Origin: an uncultured Candidatus Saccharibacteria bacterium
GTDB taxonomy: Bacteria > Patescibacteriota > Minisyncoccia > Phycocordibacterales > JAKAEA01
DNA length: 64,000 bases
Direction: 5' to 3'
Assembly (NCBI GenBank): GCA_964532205.1
Contig: CAZHGQ010000005.1
Coordinates: 1,520-65,519, forward strand
Below, piece by piece: positions 36,070 through 47,155 of the stretch; the first letter of the stretch is position 1, and the number at the start of each line of letters is the position of its first letter. The notes below the pieces were generated by a model. That model had not been told where the DNA came from. It was given only the letters and a program-made list of their open reading frames with translations, and searched no databases. The position numbers were made by a program, and so were the translations under genes.

Positions 36070-36717
36070 TTAATGAGCAAGGGTGAAGGCTAAGATTGCC
36101 TTGGCTCCAACTTGTTGTAAGGTGTGCCTGGCTTCGTTGATAGTGCTGCCGGTGGTGGTCACATCATCAAGTAAGATTATATTTTTATATTTTAATTTTT
36201 CTGGGTTACTTATCTCAAAACAATTTTTAAGATTAATCAGGCGTTCGGCCCGATTGAGTGTAGTTTGTGGTACGGTGTGTCTGGTTTTGAGTAAACAGTC
36301 TGTACAGACAGTCAGATGATTGTCGAGTTTAGCAATTTCTGTTGCTAAGATTTCTGACTGATTCCAACCGCGTTCTTTGAAACGTTCTTTGGAAATGGGT
36401 AAGGGGATGATTAGAAAATCATGAAGTAGGAGATTGTGACTAATAAGATGTTCAGTAATTGTGTCGTAGAGGGCATGGGCCAGCAGGCGGCCGATCGTGG
36501 TGTCACCGTGATATTTAAGTTGCCACACGGCCGCCTGCACCAGTTCATCTTTATAAGCAAATCGGCTGATGATACCGGGAATTTGTTCCTTGGCCGGCTG
36601 GGCTAGATGCAGAAATTCGGCCAGACTCATATCGGCCAGCCGACCCACTGTCTCATCGGGCGGAAATAGCCAATCCAACCAACTGTGGAGCGCTTTGTTT
36701 ACAACATTCATGCCCAA
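36070..36717 (-). CDS. comF: ComF family phosphoribosyltransferase-like competence protein
   Basis: LKYHG, ERGWNQS, ILLDDVTTTGST. Confidence 0.9.
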   Translation of the reverse strand: MGMNVVNKALHSWLDWLFPPDETVGRLADMSLAEFLHLAQPAKEQIPGIISRFAYKDELVQAAVWQLKYHGDTTIGRLLAHALYDTITEHLISHNLLLHDFLIIPLPISKERFKERGWNQSEILATEIAKLDNHLTVCTDCLLKTRHTVPQTTLNRAERLINLKNCFEISNPEKLKYKNIILLDDVTTTGSTINEARHTLQQVGAKAILAFTLAH

Positions 36718-36800
36718 GTTTAGATCGCTGTGTATGAATTCCTGATCAAAACCGTTTAAATAGATTGTCGTTTAGGTAATATGATATAATAACCAACAAT

Positions 36801-37910
36801 ATGGGCATTCTTAGCAATCTTTTTACCAAGAAATCTGGCAGCGTCGTTGGCGTTGATATCGGCTCATCATCTATTAAAGTTGTGCAGCTCGCTCGCCTAG
36901 GTGGTAAAGCTGTCCTTGAAACATACGGCGAGCTCGCCTTAGGTACATACGGCGGCGTTGAAATTGGCCGCTCAACAAATTTAACTCCTGAAAAAATTGC
37001 TGAGGCACTTAAAGATGTCATGCGTGAATCAAAAATCACGACAACAAACGCTGGTTTCGCTATTCCATTCGGCGCCAGTTTGATCACGGCTATGGATATG
37101 CCAGCTGTTTCAGACAAGCAACTCGAACAGATGATTCCAATCGAAGCCCGCAAATATATTCCGGTACCGATTACCGAAGTCACTCTAGACTGGTCTGTGG
37201 TGCCCAAGACTGCTTCAAAACCGATTGATTTTTCAAGCGATGAAAAACAAACCGATCAGGGCGACAAGGTTGAAGTCATGATGGTGGCCATTCATAATGA
37301 TGTGCTCAATAAATTTCAGACCATTGTTCAACAAAGTGGTGTCAACGCTTCATTTTTTGAAATCGAAATCTTTAGCACGATTCGATCTGTGCTCGATCCT
37401 GAACTTGAAACTCAGATGATTGTTGATCTCGGAGCAGCAACAACCAAGCTGTATATTGTTGAGCAGGGAATTATCCGCACCTCACACATTGTAAATCGTG
37501 GCTCACAGGACATTACCTTAGCTCTTTCTAAGGCTCTAAACATTACCGTGGAAACCGCTGAGGCTTATAAGCGCGATCTGACTCAAGTGCCTGACGATCA
37601 GAAAGAAAACTTTGCTCAAATCGCTAACATTAGCCTCGATTTTATCTTTTCCGAGGTTAAACGTATCCTGCAGAACTATCAGAAGAAATATAATAAGGAT
37701 ATTCCAAAAGTTATCATGGTGGGTGGTGGTGCCCGACTCAACGGCGTGCTAAAAATCGCCGAAAATCATCTTGAAACACAAATTGTACTCGGTGATCCAT
37801 TCGAAAAGACTGAAGCCCCAGCTTTTTTGGAAGAAGTTCTTAAAAATACCGGCCCAGAATTCACGGTAGCCATGGGTACAGCCCTGCGAAAACTTCAAGA
37901 AATGAATTAA
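36801..37910 (+). CDS. pilM: Type IV pilus assembly protein PilM
   Basis: VGVDIGSSSIKVV, EARKYIP, VDLGA, GGGARL. Confidence 0.93.
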   Translation: MGILSNLFTKKSGSVVGVDIGSSSIKVVQLARLGGKAVLETYGELALGTYGGVEIGRSTNLTPEKIAEALKDVMRESKITTTNAGFAIPFGASLITAMDMPAVSDKQLEQMIPIEARKYIPVPITEVTLDWSVVPKTASKPIDFSSDEKQTDQGDKVEVMMVAIHNDVLNKFQTIVQQSGVNASFFEIEIFSTIRSVLDPELETQMIVDLGAATTKLYIVEQGIIRTSHIVNRGSQDITLALSKALNITVETAEAYKRDLTQVPDDQKENFAQIANISLDFIFSEVKRILQNYQKKYNKDIPKVIMVGGGARLNGVLKIAENHLETQIVLGDPFEKTEAPAFLEEVLKNTGPEFTVAMGTALRKLQEMN

Positions 37911-37960
37911 GTGGAAAACTTATTGCGCGCTTTACAAAATGATGTGCTAAAATAAGGGGA

Positions 37961-38653
37961 ATGGAGAATAAGTTTCAAACGTCGTTCATTCCACAAAAGC
38001 CGCTCACTCAGACTTTCAGTCAACCGCCTCGTACCACCAACTTCTTTACGCTGGTTTCTACCATCATATTTATCACTATTTTAGCCTTATGTGGCGGTGT
38101 TTTCGGTTATCAGAAATATTTGCAAAATCAAAATGCTAATTTTGCTGAGCAGCTGCGCAAAATTACGGCCGAATTCCAACCTAGTTTCTTGTCAGAAATG
38201 ACGCGTTTAGATAATCGTTTGGTCTCAACCAAAACCTTACTCGCTAATCACTTGGCAGTTTCCAAATTCTTTGATTTCTTGAGCAAAAATACCTTGAAAA
38301 ATGTCCGTTTCTCAAGTTTTTCATATGTCTCTGACGGTACAAAGATTACAGTTTCAATGAAGGGGCAGGCTAATGGTTTTGCGGCGGTGGCTTTGCAATC
38401 TATGGCCTTCGGTACGGCCGATAATCTCAAGGTGTTACGTAACCCAACCATTGGTGATCTCAATCTCGATGCTTCAGGCAATGTTTCATTCGGTTTTGCT
38501 ACGTATATTCAGCCAAACTCAATGTTGTATCGCAGTGCGTTAGTCCCTGCACCTGTTGTTCCAGCTGCGACAATTGCTCCTGGTACAACAACAGCTTCAA
38601 CTACACCGTCACAAACAGCAAGTACAACATCGACAACAACCAAAAAACGCTAA
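37961..38653 (+). CDS. PilN-like protein
   Basis: TM plus coiled coil after pilM; FQTSFIP N-terminus. Confidence 0.7.
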   Translation: MENKFQTSFIPQKPLTQTFSQPPRTTNFFTLVSTIIFITILALCGGVFGYQKYLQNQNANFAEQLRKITAEFQPSFLSEMTRLDNRLVSTKTLLANHLAVSKFFDFLSKNTLKNVRFSSFSYVSDGTKITVSMKGQANGFAAVALQSMAFGTADNLKVLRNPTIGDLNLDASGNVSFGFATYIQPNSMLYRSALVPAPVVPAATIAPGTTTASTTPSQTASTTSTTTKKR

Positions 38654-38654
38654 T

Positions 38655-39194
38655 ATGAAATTTCTAACCCCACTCATTCTCATAGGTCTTTCTGTCGCAG
38701 CGTTTTTCTTCTATATTAATCCGACCTACACCAATATTGGCGCCCTGCGAAAAGATAATGCTCAATATAAAGAGGCTTTGGCCAATGCTCAAGTTGCTCA
38801 GGAACACTGGAATCAATTGCGTTCACGATATGATAGTTTGACCGGTGATCAGTTGATTCGTTTGAAGAAGTTTATGCCGGATAAAGTTGATACGATTAAA
38901 TTAGCAGTAGATTTGAATGCTGTTGCTGAAAAATATGGTAAGGGTGTACGCAACATTAAATTTGCTGATGCACTTGAGCCAGCTGGTGATGTCGGATCAG
39001 GCGGTAAGCCATATGGTACAACAGCCGTTAGTTACGATGTGACCATGACGTATGACAATTTCCTTCGATATTTAAAAGATTTGGAACAGAGTTTGCAATT
39101 TATTGATATTACAAACATTGGTTTCCAGCCGGCGTCGACAGCTGATGCGACATACAACTTTACTCTGACCCTTAAGACCTATTGGTTAAAATAA
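38655..39194 (+). CDS. PilO-like protein
   Basis: TM, coiled coil, YDNFLRYLKDLE; operon position. Confidence 0.75.
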   Translation: MKFLTPLILIGLSVAAFFFYINPTYTNIGALRKDNAQYKEALANAQVAQEHWNQLRSRYDSLTGDQLIRLKKFMPDKVDTIKLAVDLNAVAEKYGKGVRNIKFADALEPAGDVGSGGKPYGTTAVSYDVTMTYDNFLRYLKDLEQSLQFIDITNIGFQPASTADATYNFTLTLKTYWLK

Positions 39195-39195
39195 T

Positions 39196-39546
39196 ATGCC
39201 ACGTAAATCATACAAAGGAACAGTTTTCACTATCGTTGCTTTACTTATTGCTGCGGCTATTGGTTATGACACCGTAGTTGGTCCACCTGCATCAGCTCAA
39301 AACTTAGAGACGACAGATGTTAATGCGGCTGAAACTGGTGTGGTCAGTCAGCAATTCACCGATTTACTCAATCGGATTCAAGCGCTCAATCTCGATACAA
39401 GTATCCTTAATGATCCAGCTTTTGCCAGCTTGACTGATTATTCAGTTACGTTGGTACCGGTTGAGTCAGGTCGTCCTAATCCTTTCGCGCCACTTAGTTC
39501 TGCTGCACAATCTACCCAAACTACAAACACACCTAAGGGGCGATAA
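39196..39546 (+). CDS. Pilus-locus hypothetical protein (PilP position)
   Basis: TM plus GRPNPFAP motif. Confidence 0.65.
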   Translation: MPRKSYKGTVFTIVALLIAAAIGYDTVVGPPASAQNLETTDVNAAETGVVSQQFTDLLNRIQALNLDTSILNDPAFASLTDYSVTLVPVESGRPNPFAPLSSAAQSTQTTNTPKGR

Positions 39547-39552
39547 TTTTTC

Positions 39553-41292
39553 ATGACATTACTTGAGGCCCTGGTACAACAAAATATTTTGACTGCCAAA
39601 GAGGCAGCCAATGTTCAGAAGGAAATGAACGATACCGGCCAAACGGTTGAGACTATTTTGGCTGCCAAGGGTATTGATGCACAGGATGTGCTCAAAGTTA
39701 AAGGCTCATTGTTTGAAGTGCCAACAAAACATGTAGCAGCAGATGATGTGCCGTATAGTGTTTTGGAATATATTCCCGAAGAATCTGCTAAACATTATCG
39801 TTTTGTACCGCTCGGTGTTAAAGATGGTGTGCTCGAGGTTGGTGTGGTTGATCCTGACAGTATTGAAGCCCGCGATGCACTCAACTTTATCTCTTCGAAA
39901 ATTGGTTTACCATACAAAATTTTCTTAATCTCTGAAGCTGATTTTGAAAAAATTCTCGGCGTTTATCAAGGTCTGTCTGGTGAAGTGACCAAGGCGCTCG
40001 ATGAATTGGAAACAGAATTGAAACCCGATGCGATTTTAGCGCAAGACGAAGAGAAGGAGGAGCGGGAGGGGAATGATGTTACTGATAAAATCAAAACGGA
40101 AGCTAAAATTGTTGAGGATGCACCAGTTACAAAAATTGTGGCCACTGTTTTGCGATACGCTGCTGAAGGTAATGCCTCCGACATTCACATTGAACATATG
40201 CGTGACAATGTGCGCGTGCGTTTCCGCGTTGACGGTGTTTTGAATACAAGCTTGGTTTTACCGATTAAAGTTCATTCGGCTTTGACTGCCCGTATTAAAA
40301 TTTTGTCGAATATGCGTCTCGACGAAAAACGTAAGCCACAAGACGGTCGTTTTTCGGCAAAAATTGATGGTCGTAAAATCGACTTCCGTGTCTCAACATT
40401 CCCAACGTATTATGGCGAAAAAATCGTTATGCGTATTCTCGATCAGGAAAAGGGTGTAAAGGAATTGACGGAGATGGGTCTGACGGCTGAGGGGGTAGAG
40501 CGCATTAAAAAGGCCATCACTAAGCCATATGGCATGATTTTGATTTCTGGTCCAACTGGTTCCGGTAAAACGACCACATTGTATTCTATGCTTAACTTGG
40601 TTGACCGAGAAAAGAAGAACGTGCTTTCACTTGAAGATCCTATTGAATACAACATTGATGGTGTGAGTCAGTCACAAGTGCGTCCGGAAATTGGTTATAC
40701 CTTTGCCACGGGTTTGCGTACGACCTTGCGTCAAGACCCGAACGTTATCATGGTCGGCGAGATCCGAGATAAAGAAACAGCGCAGCTTGCTGTGCAAGCT
40801 GCGCTGACTGGTCACTTGGTGCTCTCCACTATCCACACCAACAACGCTGTAGGTGTCATTCCACGTCTAATTGATATGGGTATCGATCCGTACCTGATTG
40901 CACCCACACTTGTTTTGGCCATGGCTCAGCGTCTTTCTGCGACACTGTGTCCTGATGGTGGTAAAGATGTGCCGGTAGAAGGCAGTCTCGAGCTCATTAT
41001 TGAAAAACAATTCGCTGATTTACCTGAAGAATTTCGTAAGAATATTAAAATTCCAAAAACCGTTAAGGAAATTGCACCAACACCTGATTGTCCAACAGGC
41101 ACCCGTGGTCGTATTGCTGTCTTCGAAATGTTTGAAATTGATAAGGAAGTTGAGCATGCAATTTTAACCAATCCAACTGAGTTGGAAATTAACAAGATTT
41201 TGCGCAAAAAAGGTATGTTGACTATGCGTGAAGATGCCATGCTTAAGGCTTTCAAAGGCCAGATTCCATTCGAAGAGGTTAACAAATTATAG
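39553..41292 (+). CDS. pilB: Type IV pilus extension ATPase PilB/GspE
   Basis: ASDIHIE, GPTGSGKTT, LEDPIEY, LRQDPNVIMVGEIRD. Confidence 0.95.
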   Translation: MTLLEALVQQNILTAKEAANVQKEMNDTGQTVETILAAKGIDAQDVLKVKGSLFEVPTKHVAADDVPYSVLEYIPEESAKHYRFVPLGVKDGVLEVGVVDPDSIEARDALNFISSKIGLPYKIFLISEADFEKILGVYQGLSGEVTKALDELETELKPDAILAQDEEKEEREGNDVTDKIKTEAKIVEDAPVTKIVATVLRYAAEGNASDIHIEHMRDNVRVRFRVDGVLNTSLVLPIKVHSALTARIKILSNMRLDEKRKPQDGRFSAKIDGRKIDFRVSTFPTYYGEKIVMRILDQEKGVKELTEMGLTAEGVERIKKAITKPYGMILISGPTGSGKTTTLYSMLNLVDREKKNVLSLEDPIEYNIDGVSQSQVRPEIGYTFATGLRTTLRQDPNVIMVGEIRDKETAQLAVQAALTGHLVLSTIHTNNAVGVIPRLIDMGIDPYLIAPTLVLAMAQRLSATLCPDGGKDVPVEGSLELIIEKQFADLPEEFRKNIKIPKTVKEIAPTPDCPTGTRGRIAVFEMFEIDKEVEHAILTNPTELEINKILRKKGMLTMREDAMLKAFKGQIPFEEVNKL

Positions 41293-41310
41293 TGTGATAT
41301 ACTAAACCAT

Positions 41311-41709
41311 ATGGAACAAAAACCGTTATACAAAGTAATGTTGGTTGATGACGACTCGTTTCTCTTGAATATGTATTCGCTTAAGTTTACTAAAGCGAAT
41401 TGTGAGGTTAATGCCTGCCAAACTTCGGCTGATGCCCTAAAAAAGCTCAAGGAAGGCTACCAACCTGACATTATTATTTTGGATATCATCATGCCAGGTA
41501 TGGATGGTTTACAGTTGTTGGAAGAAATTCGTAAAGAAAAATTGGCGCCAGGTGCGACAGTGGTCATGCTAACAAATCAGAGTGACACGAATGATATCGA
41601 AAAGGCCAAGAAACTTAATATTAACGGTTACATAGTCAAAGCTACGACAATTCCGTCAGAAGTTATTGATGATGTGACAAAGATTCATAAACAAGCAAAA
41701 GGGTCATGA
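41311..41709 (+). CDS. Single-domain response regulator
   Basis: LVDDD, ILDIIMPGMDG, MLTN, YIVK. Confidence 0.93.
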   Translation: MEQKPLYKVMLVDDDSFLLNMYSLKFTKANCEVNACQTSADALKKLKEGYQPDIIILDIIMPGMDGLQLLEEIRKEKLAPGATVVMLTNQSDTNDIEKAKKLNINGYIVKATTIPSEVIDDVTKIHKQAKGS

Positions 41710-42773
41710 GTACAGACTACAAAAAGTTACTTGATGAGTTAGTGGAGATCATAGTTAAAGAAGGTGGTTCAGATTTACACCTCGGTCAAGGCCGTACACC
41801 GTATATTCGCGTGGCCGGTTTTTTGATTCCTTTGGTAAAAATGTCCGTATTGTCCTCAAATGATATGTACGGTTTGATTGACCATTTGATGACGCCGGAA
41901 AATAAGCAGATTTTTATTACTCAAAAAGAAATCGATTTTTCATTTGGTCATGCGAGCGGCGCACGTTTCCGTGGTAATGGTTATTTCCGACAGGGTATGC
42001 CCTCGATCGCTTTACGTCTTGTGCCAAAACACATTAAGACACTCGAAGAATTAAATTTGCCGACAATTTTGGAAAGTTTTACCCGCAAGAATCAAGGTTT
42101 CTTCTTGGTGGTCGGCCCAGTGGGTCATGGCAAATCAACAACATTGGCTTCGATGATTGACCTTATCAACTCTGATCGTCTCGAACACATCATCACTATT
42201 GAAGATCCGGTTGAGTATATTTACGAACCGAAGAAATCAATTATCGATCAGCGTGAAGTGCGCATGGATACCAAAGATTTCCATACCGGTCTTACAGAAA
42301 TGTTGCGTCAGGACATCAATGTGGCGTTGATTGGTGAAATGCGTGATTTGGAAACAATTTCAACTGCTGTAACTGCTGCGGAAACTGGCCACTTGGTCTT
42401 TTCAACGCTCCATACCAACAATGCTGCTCAGACCATTGAACGTGTCATTGACTCATTCCCAGCGGATCAGCAAGGTCAAATTCGTATGCAATTGGCGGGT
42501 AGCCTGACCGGCATTTTCTCACAGCGTCTTATCCCACGAGTTTCAGGCGGTCTAGTGCCAGCGTATGAATTGTTGATCAATAACAGTGCTGTTTCAAACT
42601 TGATTCGTGAACGCCGCACACACGAAATTCAGACGGTGATCGAAACAAGTTCTCAGCAGGGTATGATCGATATGAACCGATCTTTGGCCGAGCTTGTACG
42701 TTCAGGTGAAATTACTATTGAGAATGCTTATCGCTTCTCATTAAATCCAAAGATTTTGGAAAAACTGATTTAG
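41706..42773 (+). CDS. pilT: Type IV pilus retraction ATPase PilT
   Basis: SDLHL, GHGKSTT, AAETGHLVFSTLHTN, NLIRE. Confidence 0.95.
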   Translation: MSTDYKKLLDELVEIIVKEGGSDLHLGQGRTPYIRVAGFLIPLVKMSVLSSNDMYGLIDHLMTPENKQIFITQKEIDFSFGHASGARFRGNGYFRQGMPSIALRLVPKHIKTLEELNLPTILESFTRKNQGFFLVVGPVGHGKSTTLASMIDLINSDRLEHIITIEDPVEYIYEPKKSIIDQREVRMDTKDFHTGLTEMLRQDINVALIGEMRDLETISTAVTAAETGHLVFSTLHTNNAAQTIERVIDSFPADQQGQIRMQLAGSLTGIFSQRLIPRVSGGLVPAYELLINNSAVSNLIRERRTHEIQTVIETSSQQGMIDMNRSLAELVRSGEITIENAYRFSLNPKILEKLI

Positions 42774-42774
42774 T

Positions 42775-43983
42775 ATGCTTTTTAATTACAAAGCCATTGA
42801 TAATACCGGGGTTGAACGAGAAGGTAGTATCGAAGCCCTCAACGTTGATATTGCTATTAATTCGTTGCAACGCCGTGGCCTGATTATTTCAACCATTAAA
42901 TCACCGGACGAACAGTCATCTGTTTTCAAGAAAAATATTTCTTTCCTCAGTCGCGTTTCAAATAAAGATGTTGTCATCTTGTCCCGTCAGATGGCGATTT
43001 TGTTCGAAGCTCAAGTTTCAGCATTACGTATTTTCCGCTTACTCGGCTCGGAAACAGAAAATCCAGAATTGCGAAAGAGTTTGTTGCAGGTTTCAGATGA
43101 TTTGCAGGGCGGTAGTTCAATTTCCAAAGCTTTGGAAAAACACCCAAAAATTTTCAGTTCGTTTTACGTCAACATGGTGAAATCCGGTGAAGAGTCGGGT
43201 AAACTTGATCAGATTTTCGCATACTTGGCTGACTATTTGGAACGCTCATATACTGTGACTACCAAAGCTCGCAATGCCTTGATCTACCCAGCCTTTGTCA
43301 TTGCCACATTCATTGGTGTGATGGTTTTGATGTTTACCATGGTTATTCCGAAAATCAGCGCAATTATCATCCAATCGGGCCAGGAAATGCCGATTTATAC
43401 CAAGATTGTGGTGGCGATTTCAGCTATTTTGGTTAATTACGGTCTCTATGTAATTATTGCGCTGGTTATTGGTAGTTTCTTTTTGATAAAATTCATTCGT
43501 ACACCCTCAGGTAAGCACTCATTTGATCAGTTTAAGATCGCTGTGCCGTATATCGGTAATTTGTACCGTAAACTCTACCTGTCACGTATTGCCGACAACA
43601 TGAACACTATGCTTATTTCCGGTATCCCAATGATTAAATCTTTGGAAATTACATCTTCAATTGTCGGTAACGATGTCTTTAAGGAAATTTTGGATCAAGC
43701 GCTTATCTCAGTGCGTGGCGGTAGCTCACTTTCAGATTCATTGCTCCAGCACCCAGAAATTCCGGGCATTATGATTCAAATGATGAAAGTCGGTGAGGAA
43801 ACAGGTGAACTTGGTAATATTTTGAAAACAATGTCGCGGTTCTATCAGGGTGAAGTGGTCAACGCTGTTGATACACTTGTCGGCCTCATCGAACCTATTA
43901 TGATCGTGGTACTTGGTGTCGGTGTTGGTATTCTCCTCGCTTCAGTGCTTGTACCTATCTACAATCTCGCAAGCTCATTCTAA
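42775..43983 (+). CDS. pilC: Type IV pilus platform protein PilC/GspF
   Basis: GEESGKL, ALIYP, GEETGEL, LIEP. Confidence 0.95.
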   Translation: MLFNYKAIDNTGVEREGSIEALNVDIAINSLQRRGLIISTIKSPDEQSSVFKKNISFLSRVSNKDVVILSRQMAILFEAQVSALRIFRLLGSETENPELRKSLLQVSDDLQGGSSISKALEKHPKIFSSFYVNMVKSGEESGKLDQIFAYLADYLERSYTVTTKARNALIYPAFVIATFIGVMVLMFTMVIPKISAIIIQSGQEMPIYTKIVVAISAILVNYGLYVIIALVIGSFFLIKFIRTPSGKHSFDQFKIAVPYIGNLYRKLYLSRIADNMNTMLISGIPMIKSLEITSSIVGNDVFKEILDQALISVRGGSSLSDSLLQHPEIPGIMIQMMKVGEETGELGNILKTMSRFYQGEVVNAVDTLVGLIEPIMIVVLGVGVGILLASVLVPIYNLASSF

Positions 43984-44129
43984 GGCCTTATTTAGGCACT
44001 TATCCACAACGTAAATATTGCGGAGTGCTTAAGTGGTATATAATTAAGCATATCGATTTAAAGCGGCCCGTCTCGCTCGAGAGATCAGGGACGAGTCGAT
44101 TAAATAAGTTAATTATTAATAGTAAAAAA

Positions 44130-44603
44130 ATGCGTAATACAAAACGAGGTTTCACACTCATCGAATTGTTGGTTGTGATTGCCATCATCGGTATCTTGTC
44201 AGCTATCGTCCTTGCATCTTTGAACACCGCCCGCTCAAAAGCAGGTGATGCTCGAGTTCAGGGTCAGCTTTCAAATATGCGATCAGCCGCAGAAGTTTAC
44301 TACGCAAGTAGTACTTCATACGGTACATTCGCTTCAGCAGCTTGTCCTACAACAGGTGGTGCAGCAAATGGCAGCAACATTTTCGTTGATACAACTTCAG
44401 GCGGTTATGGTATCGTAAGTACTTTGACAGCCGCTGGCGCAACAGTAACAAACTGTTATGCTAACGGTGCAAGTGGTTGGGCAGCTGCAGCCAGCCTGCC
44501 TTCAACATCAGGCGTGTACTGGTGTGTTGACTCAACAGGTAAGTCAGCAAAGGTAACCGGCACACTTACAGCAACAACTCTTACATCATCTCTCTGTCCG
44601 TAA
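44130..44603 (+). CDS. Type IV pilin, probable major pilin
   Basis: RG|FTLIELLVVIAIIGIL; long upstream region and own terminator 44619-44650. Confidence 0.92.
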   Translation: MRNTKRGFTLIELLVVIAIIGILSAIVLASLNTARSKAGDARVQGQLSNMRSAAEVYYASSTSYGTFASAACPTTGGAANGSNIFVDTTSGGYGIVSTLTAAGATVTNCYANGASGWAAAASLPSTSGVYWCVDSTGKSAKVTGTLTATTLTSSLCP

Positions 44604-44676
44604 TCTGAGTGTTGTCTAAACAAAAAACCACCGCAAGGTGGTTTTTTGTTACATGTATACATGATAGAATAAACCA

Positions 44677-45318
44677 ATGAAATCCTACAAAAAAGGCTTC
44701 ACGCTCATTGAACTATTAGTCGTAATTTTTATTATCGGTATTCTCTCCGCATTTATTATCATCAATGTTCAGGCTGCTCGCATGCGCAGCTTAGATCGTG
44801 CCGTTCAGTCAAACGTTGATTCAGTTCGAGCTCGAGCTGAAATTCTTTACGATAAAGACGGTGCAGACAACTATTCAGCTATATGTACAGATGATCAGAT
44901 CAAAAAAAGTTTGCAGCAAGCTCTCAATAGTGCCAAAAGTTCTGATGCGCCGAGTTCGCATTGTATAACAGGTACTGATAATTCTGGTGTGGCCTATTAC
45001 GTGGCTTGGGTGCCATTGGCGACGGCTGGTTTCTGGTGTGTTGATAATCGACGTACTTCAAGTGCCTATACTTCAACAACAGCTGTACCAACATCAGCTT
45101 CAACACAGTGCCCAACAACAGGTCAGACAACATTGGGTAATACTGGGGGTAGTAATGGTAACAATGGAAACACAGGTGGTCTTGGCGGTACGCGAGGTAA
45201 TTGGGATCAACAAATAGGTGATGAAAACATTCGTGAAATTGAGGAGGGTTCAATAAATGAAATTGAATTTCGAAATGTAGACTCCAATCTTCAGCAACAG
45301 GAATTTGAATCATTCTAA
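44677..45318 (+). CDS. Type IV pilin
   Basis: KG|FTLIELLVV; WCVD motif; acidic tail. Confidence 0.9.
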   Translation: MKSYKKGFTLIELLVVIFIIGILSAFIIINVQAARMRSLDRAVQSNVDSVRARAEILYDKDGADNYSAICTDDQIKKSLQQALNSAKSSDAPSSHCITGTDNSGVAYYVAWVPLATAGFWCVDNRRTSSAYTSTTAVPTSASTQCPTTGQTTLGNTGGSNGNNGNTGGLGGTRGNWDQQIGDENIREIEEGSINEIEFRNVDSNLQQQEFESF

Positions 45319-45319
45319 T

Positions 45320-45754
45320 ATGAAACGAGGTTTTACAATTGTTGAATTATTGATCGTGGTGGCCATCATTGGAATTATGGTTTCCATACTTTTAGTCCGT
45401 GGCGACACGGCTAAAGCCCGATCTCGCGACGCTCGACGTGTGGCTGATATTAGTCAGCTTCAATCGGCGCTTGAGGGTTATTTTGAGGGTGAGACGAAAA
45501 TTACTCAATCAAGTTCAACGACTATCACACCAAAATATCCAGCTACTCTTTCAAGTTTGGCGCCAAATTATATTGGCGTTATTCTAACAGATCCCGCTGA
45601 CAGCTCGGCGTACGGGTATCTTAAAATTTCTGATGAATCATATTGTTTAGGTGCAAAACTCGAGAAGGGTATACAGATTTCAGCTGGCACAATGCCAAGC
45701 TGTGATAATGGCGGCACATTCGATACGACATACAATTACCGAGTTAAACGCTAA
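45320..45754 (+). CDS. Type IV pilin/GspG-like
   Basis: RG|FTIVELL; SRDARRVAD; YCLGAKLE. Confidence 0.9.
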   Translation: MKRGFTIVELLIVVAIIGIMVSILLVRGDTAKARSRDARRVADISQLQSALEGYFEGETKITQSSSTTITPKYPATLSSLAPNYIGVILTDPADSSAYGYLKISDESYCLGAKLEKGIQISAGTMPSCDNGGTFDTTYNYRVKR

Positions 45755-46596
45755 TGACAATTATTCTGGCCACATTCTTTTTATTTCTCGGCATTGCCAT
45801 TGGTAGTTTTCTTAATGTAGTGATTTTGCGCTACAACACTGGCCTGTCATTTGCTGAAGGTCGCTCGGTTTGTTTCTCGTGTGGCAAGTCATTGCAATGG
45901 TATGAATTGATTCCGGTTATTAGCTATGTCTTTCAGGCTGGACGCTGTCGGGGTTGTCGTTCAAAAATCTCAATGCAGTACCCGGCTGTTGAACTAACTA
46001 CCGGTGTTTTATTTTTGGCTCTATTTGCCAAAATAAATCCTCAAACATTACCTGAACTAGGGTATTTGTTTTATATGCTCGTGATCTGGTCATTGCTGAT
46101 TGTAATTGCTGTGTATGATCTGCGTCACAAAATAATTCCCGATGGTATTGTGTATACATTTGCGGCATTGAGCTTTGGGCAACTCTTTTTTACACCCGAG
46201 AAATTTGTTATGCCGGGACTATGGGTACTTTTAGCCGGTCCGCTTATTGCGGCTCCATTTTTCTTGCTGTGGCTTGTCTCAAAGGGGACGTGGATGGGTC
46301 TTGGAGACGCAAAATTGGCCCTAGGCATCGGTTGGTTGTTGGGCCCAGTATTTGGTGCTTCGGCCATAATTCTAAGCTTCTGGCTCGGGGCAATCGTTGG
46401 TATTGCACTTTTGCTTCTTAAATATCTTTCACGACTTGGTTTTTTTCACAGAATCGCATTGTTCTTCGGTGCAACAACGATTATAATTAAGAGTGAACTA
46501 CCATTTGCGCCGTTTTTGATACTCGGCATGCTTATTGTTTACTTCTGCCGCCTTGATGTAACTGGTCTTTCATTATTGCTTTATGGCACGTTATAA
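45754..46596 (+). CDS. pilD: Prepilin peptidase
   Basis: GSFLNVV, CxxC pairs, MGLGDAKL, PFAPFL. Confidence 0.95.
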   Translation: MTIILATFFLFLGIAIGSFLNVVILRYNTGLSFAEGRSVCFSCGKSLQWYELIPVISYVFQAGRCRGCRSKISMQYPAVELTTGVLFLALFAKINPQTLPELGYLFYMLVIWSLLIVIAVYDLRHKIIPDGIVYTFAALSFGQLFFTPEKFVMPGLWVLLAGPLIAAPFFLLWLVSKGTWMGLGDAKLALGIGWLLGPVFGASAIILSFWLGAIVGIALLLLKYLSRLGFFHRIALFFGATTIIIKSELPFAPFLILGMLIVYFCRLDVTGLSLLLYGTL

Positions 46597-47155
46597 AAAA
46601 GGTTTTACATTAATTGAAATGATGATCGTATTGGGTATTTTTGTGCTCATCACGACGTTACTCCTCTCAAATCAGAAAAAATTCGGAACAAATATTGAAG
46701 TTACAAACTTGGCCTACGATGTAGCGCTTTCAATTCGTCAGACGCAAACATATGGTTTGGCGGTTAAAAACTCTGGCTTAGCCACGGCAGATTTTACCAG
46801 TGCGTACGGTATTCATTTTGATAGTTCAACACCTAGTCAGTATATTATTTTCTTTGATCGGCTTGATCCGAATAATGGTACTCGAAATTATGTTATGGAT
46901 AGCGGTGAGGAGTCAGAAATTTACACCCTAAGAAATGGTTTTACGATTTCTGATTTATGTGCTGGCACATGTGGTTTGCAGAAAATGGATGTTGTGTTTG
47001 TTCGACCAAATCCTGAGGCACATATTACGTATACAAATGGCGGACAAACATTTTCGGCTACAGATGTTTATATGAAAGTTAGATCACCGCAAGGTAAAAT
47101 AAAATGGATTCGAGTTTTAAAGAGTGGTCAAATATCAGTTGAAGACAATCAATGA
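46583..47155 (+). CDS. Minor pilin (FimT/GspH-like)
   Basis: KG|FTLIEMMI; YGIHF. Confidence 0.88.
   Translation: MARYKKGFTLIEMMIVLGIFVLITTLLLSNQKKFGTNIEVTNLAYDVALSIRQTQTYGLAVKNSGLATADFTSAYGIHFDSSTPSQYIIFFDRLDPNNGTRNYVMDSGEESEIYTLRNGFTISDLCAGTCGLQKMDVVFVRPNPEAHITYTNGGQTFSATDVYMKVRSPQGKIKWIRVLKSGQISVEDNQ

Noticed and set aside
44000-44008. Perfect DnaA box TTATCCACA upstream of the major pilin
   Set aside because: Single box with no cluster or dnaA nearby; not evidence for oriC, and regulation cannot be supported
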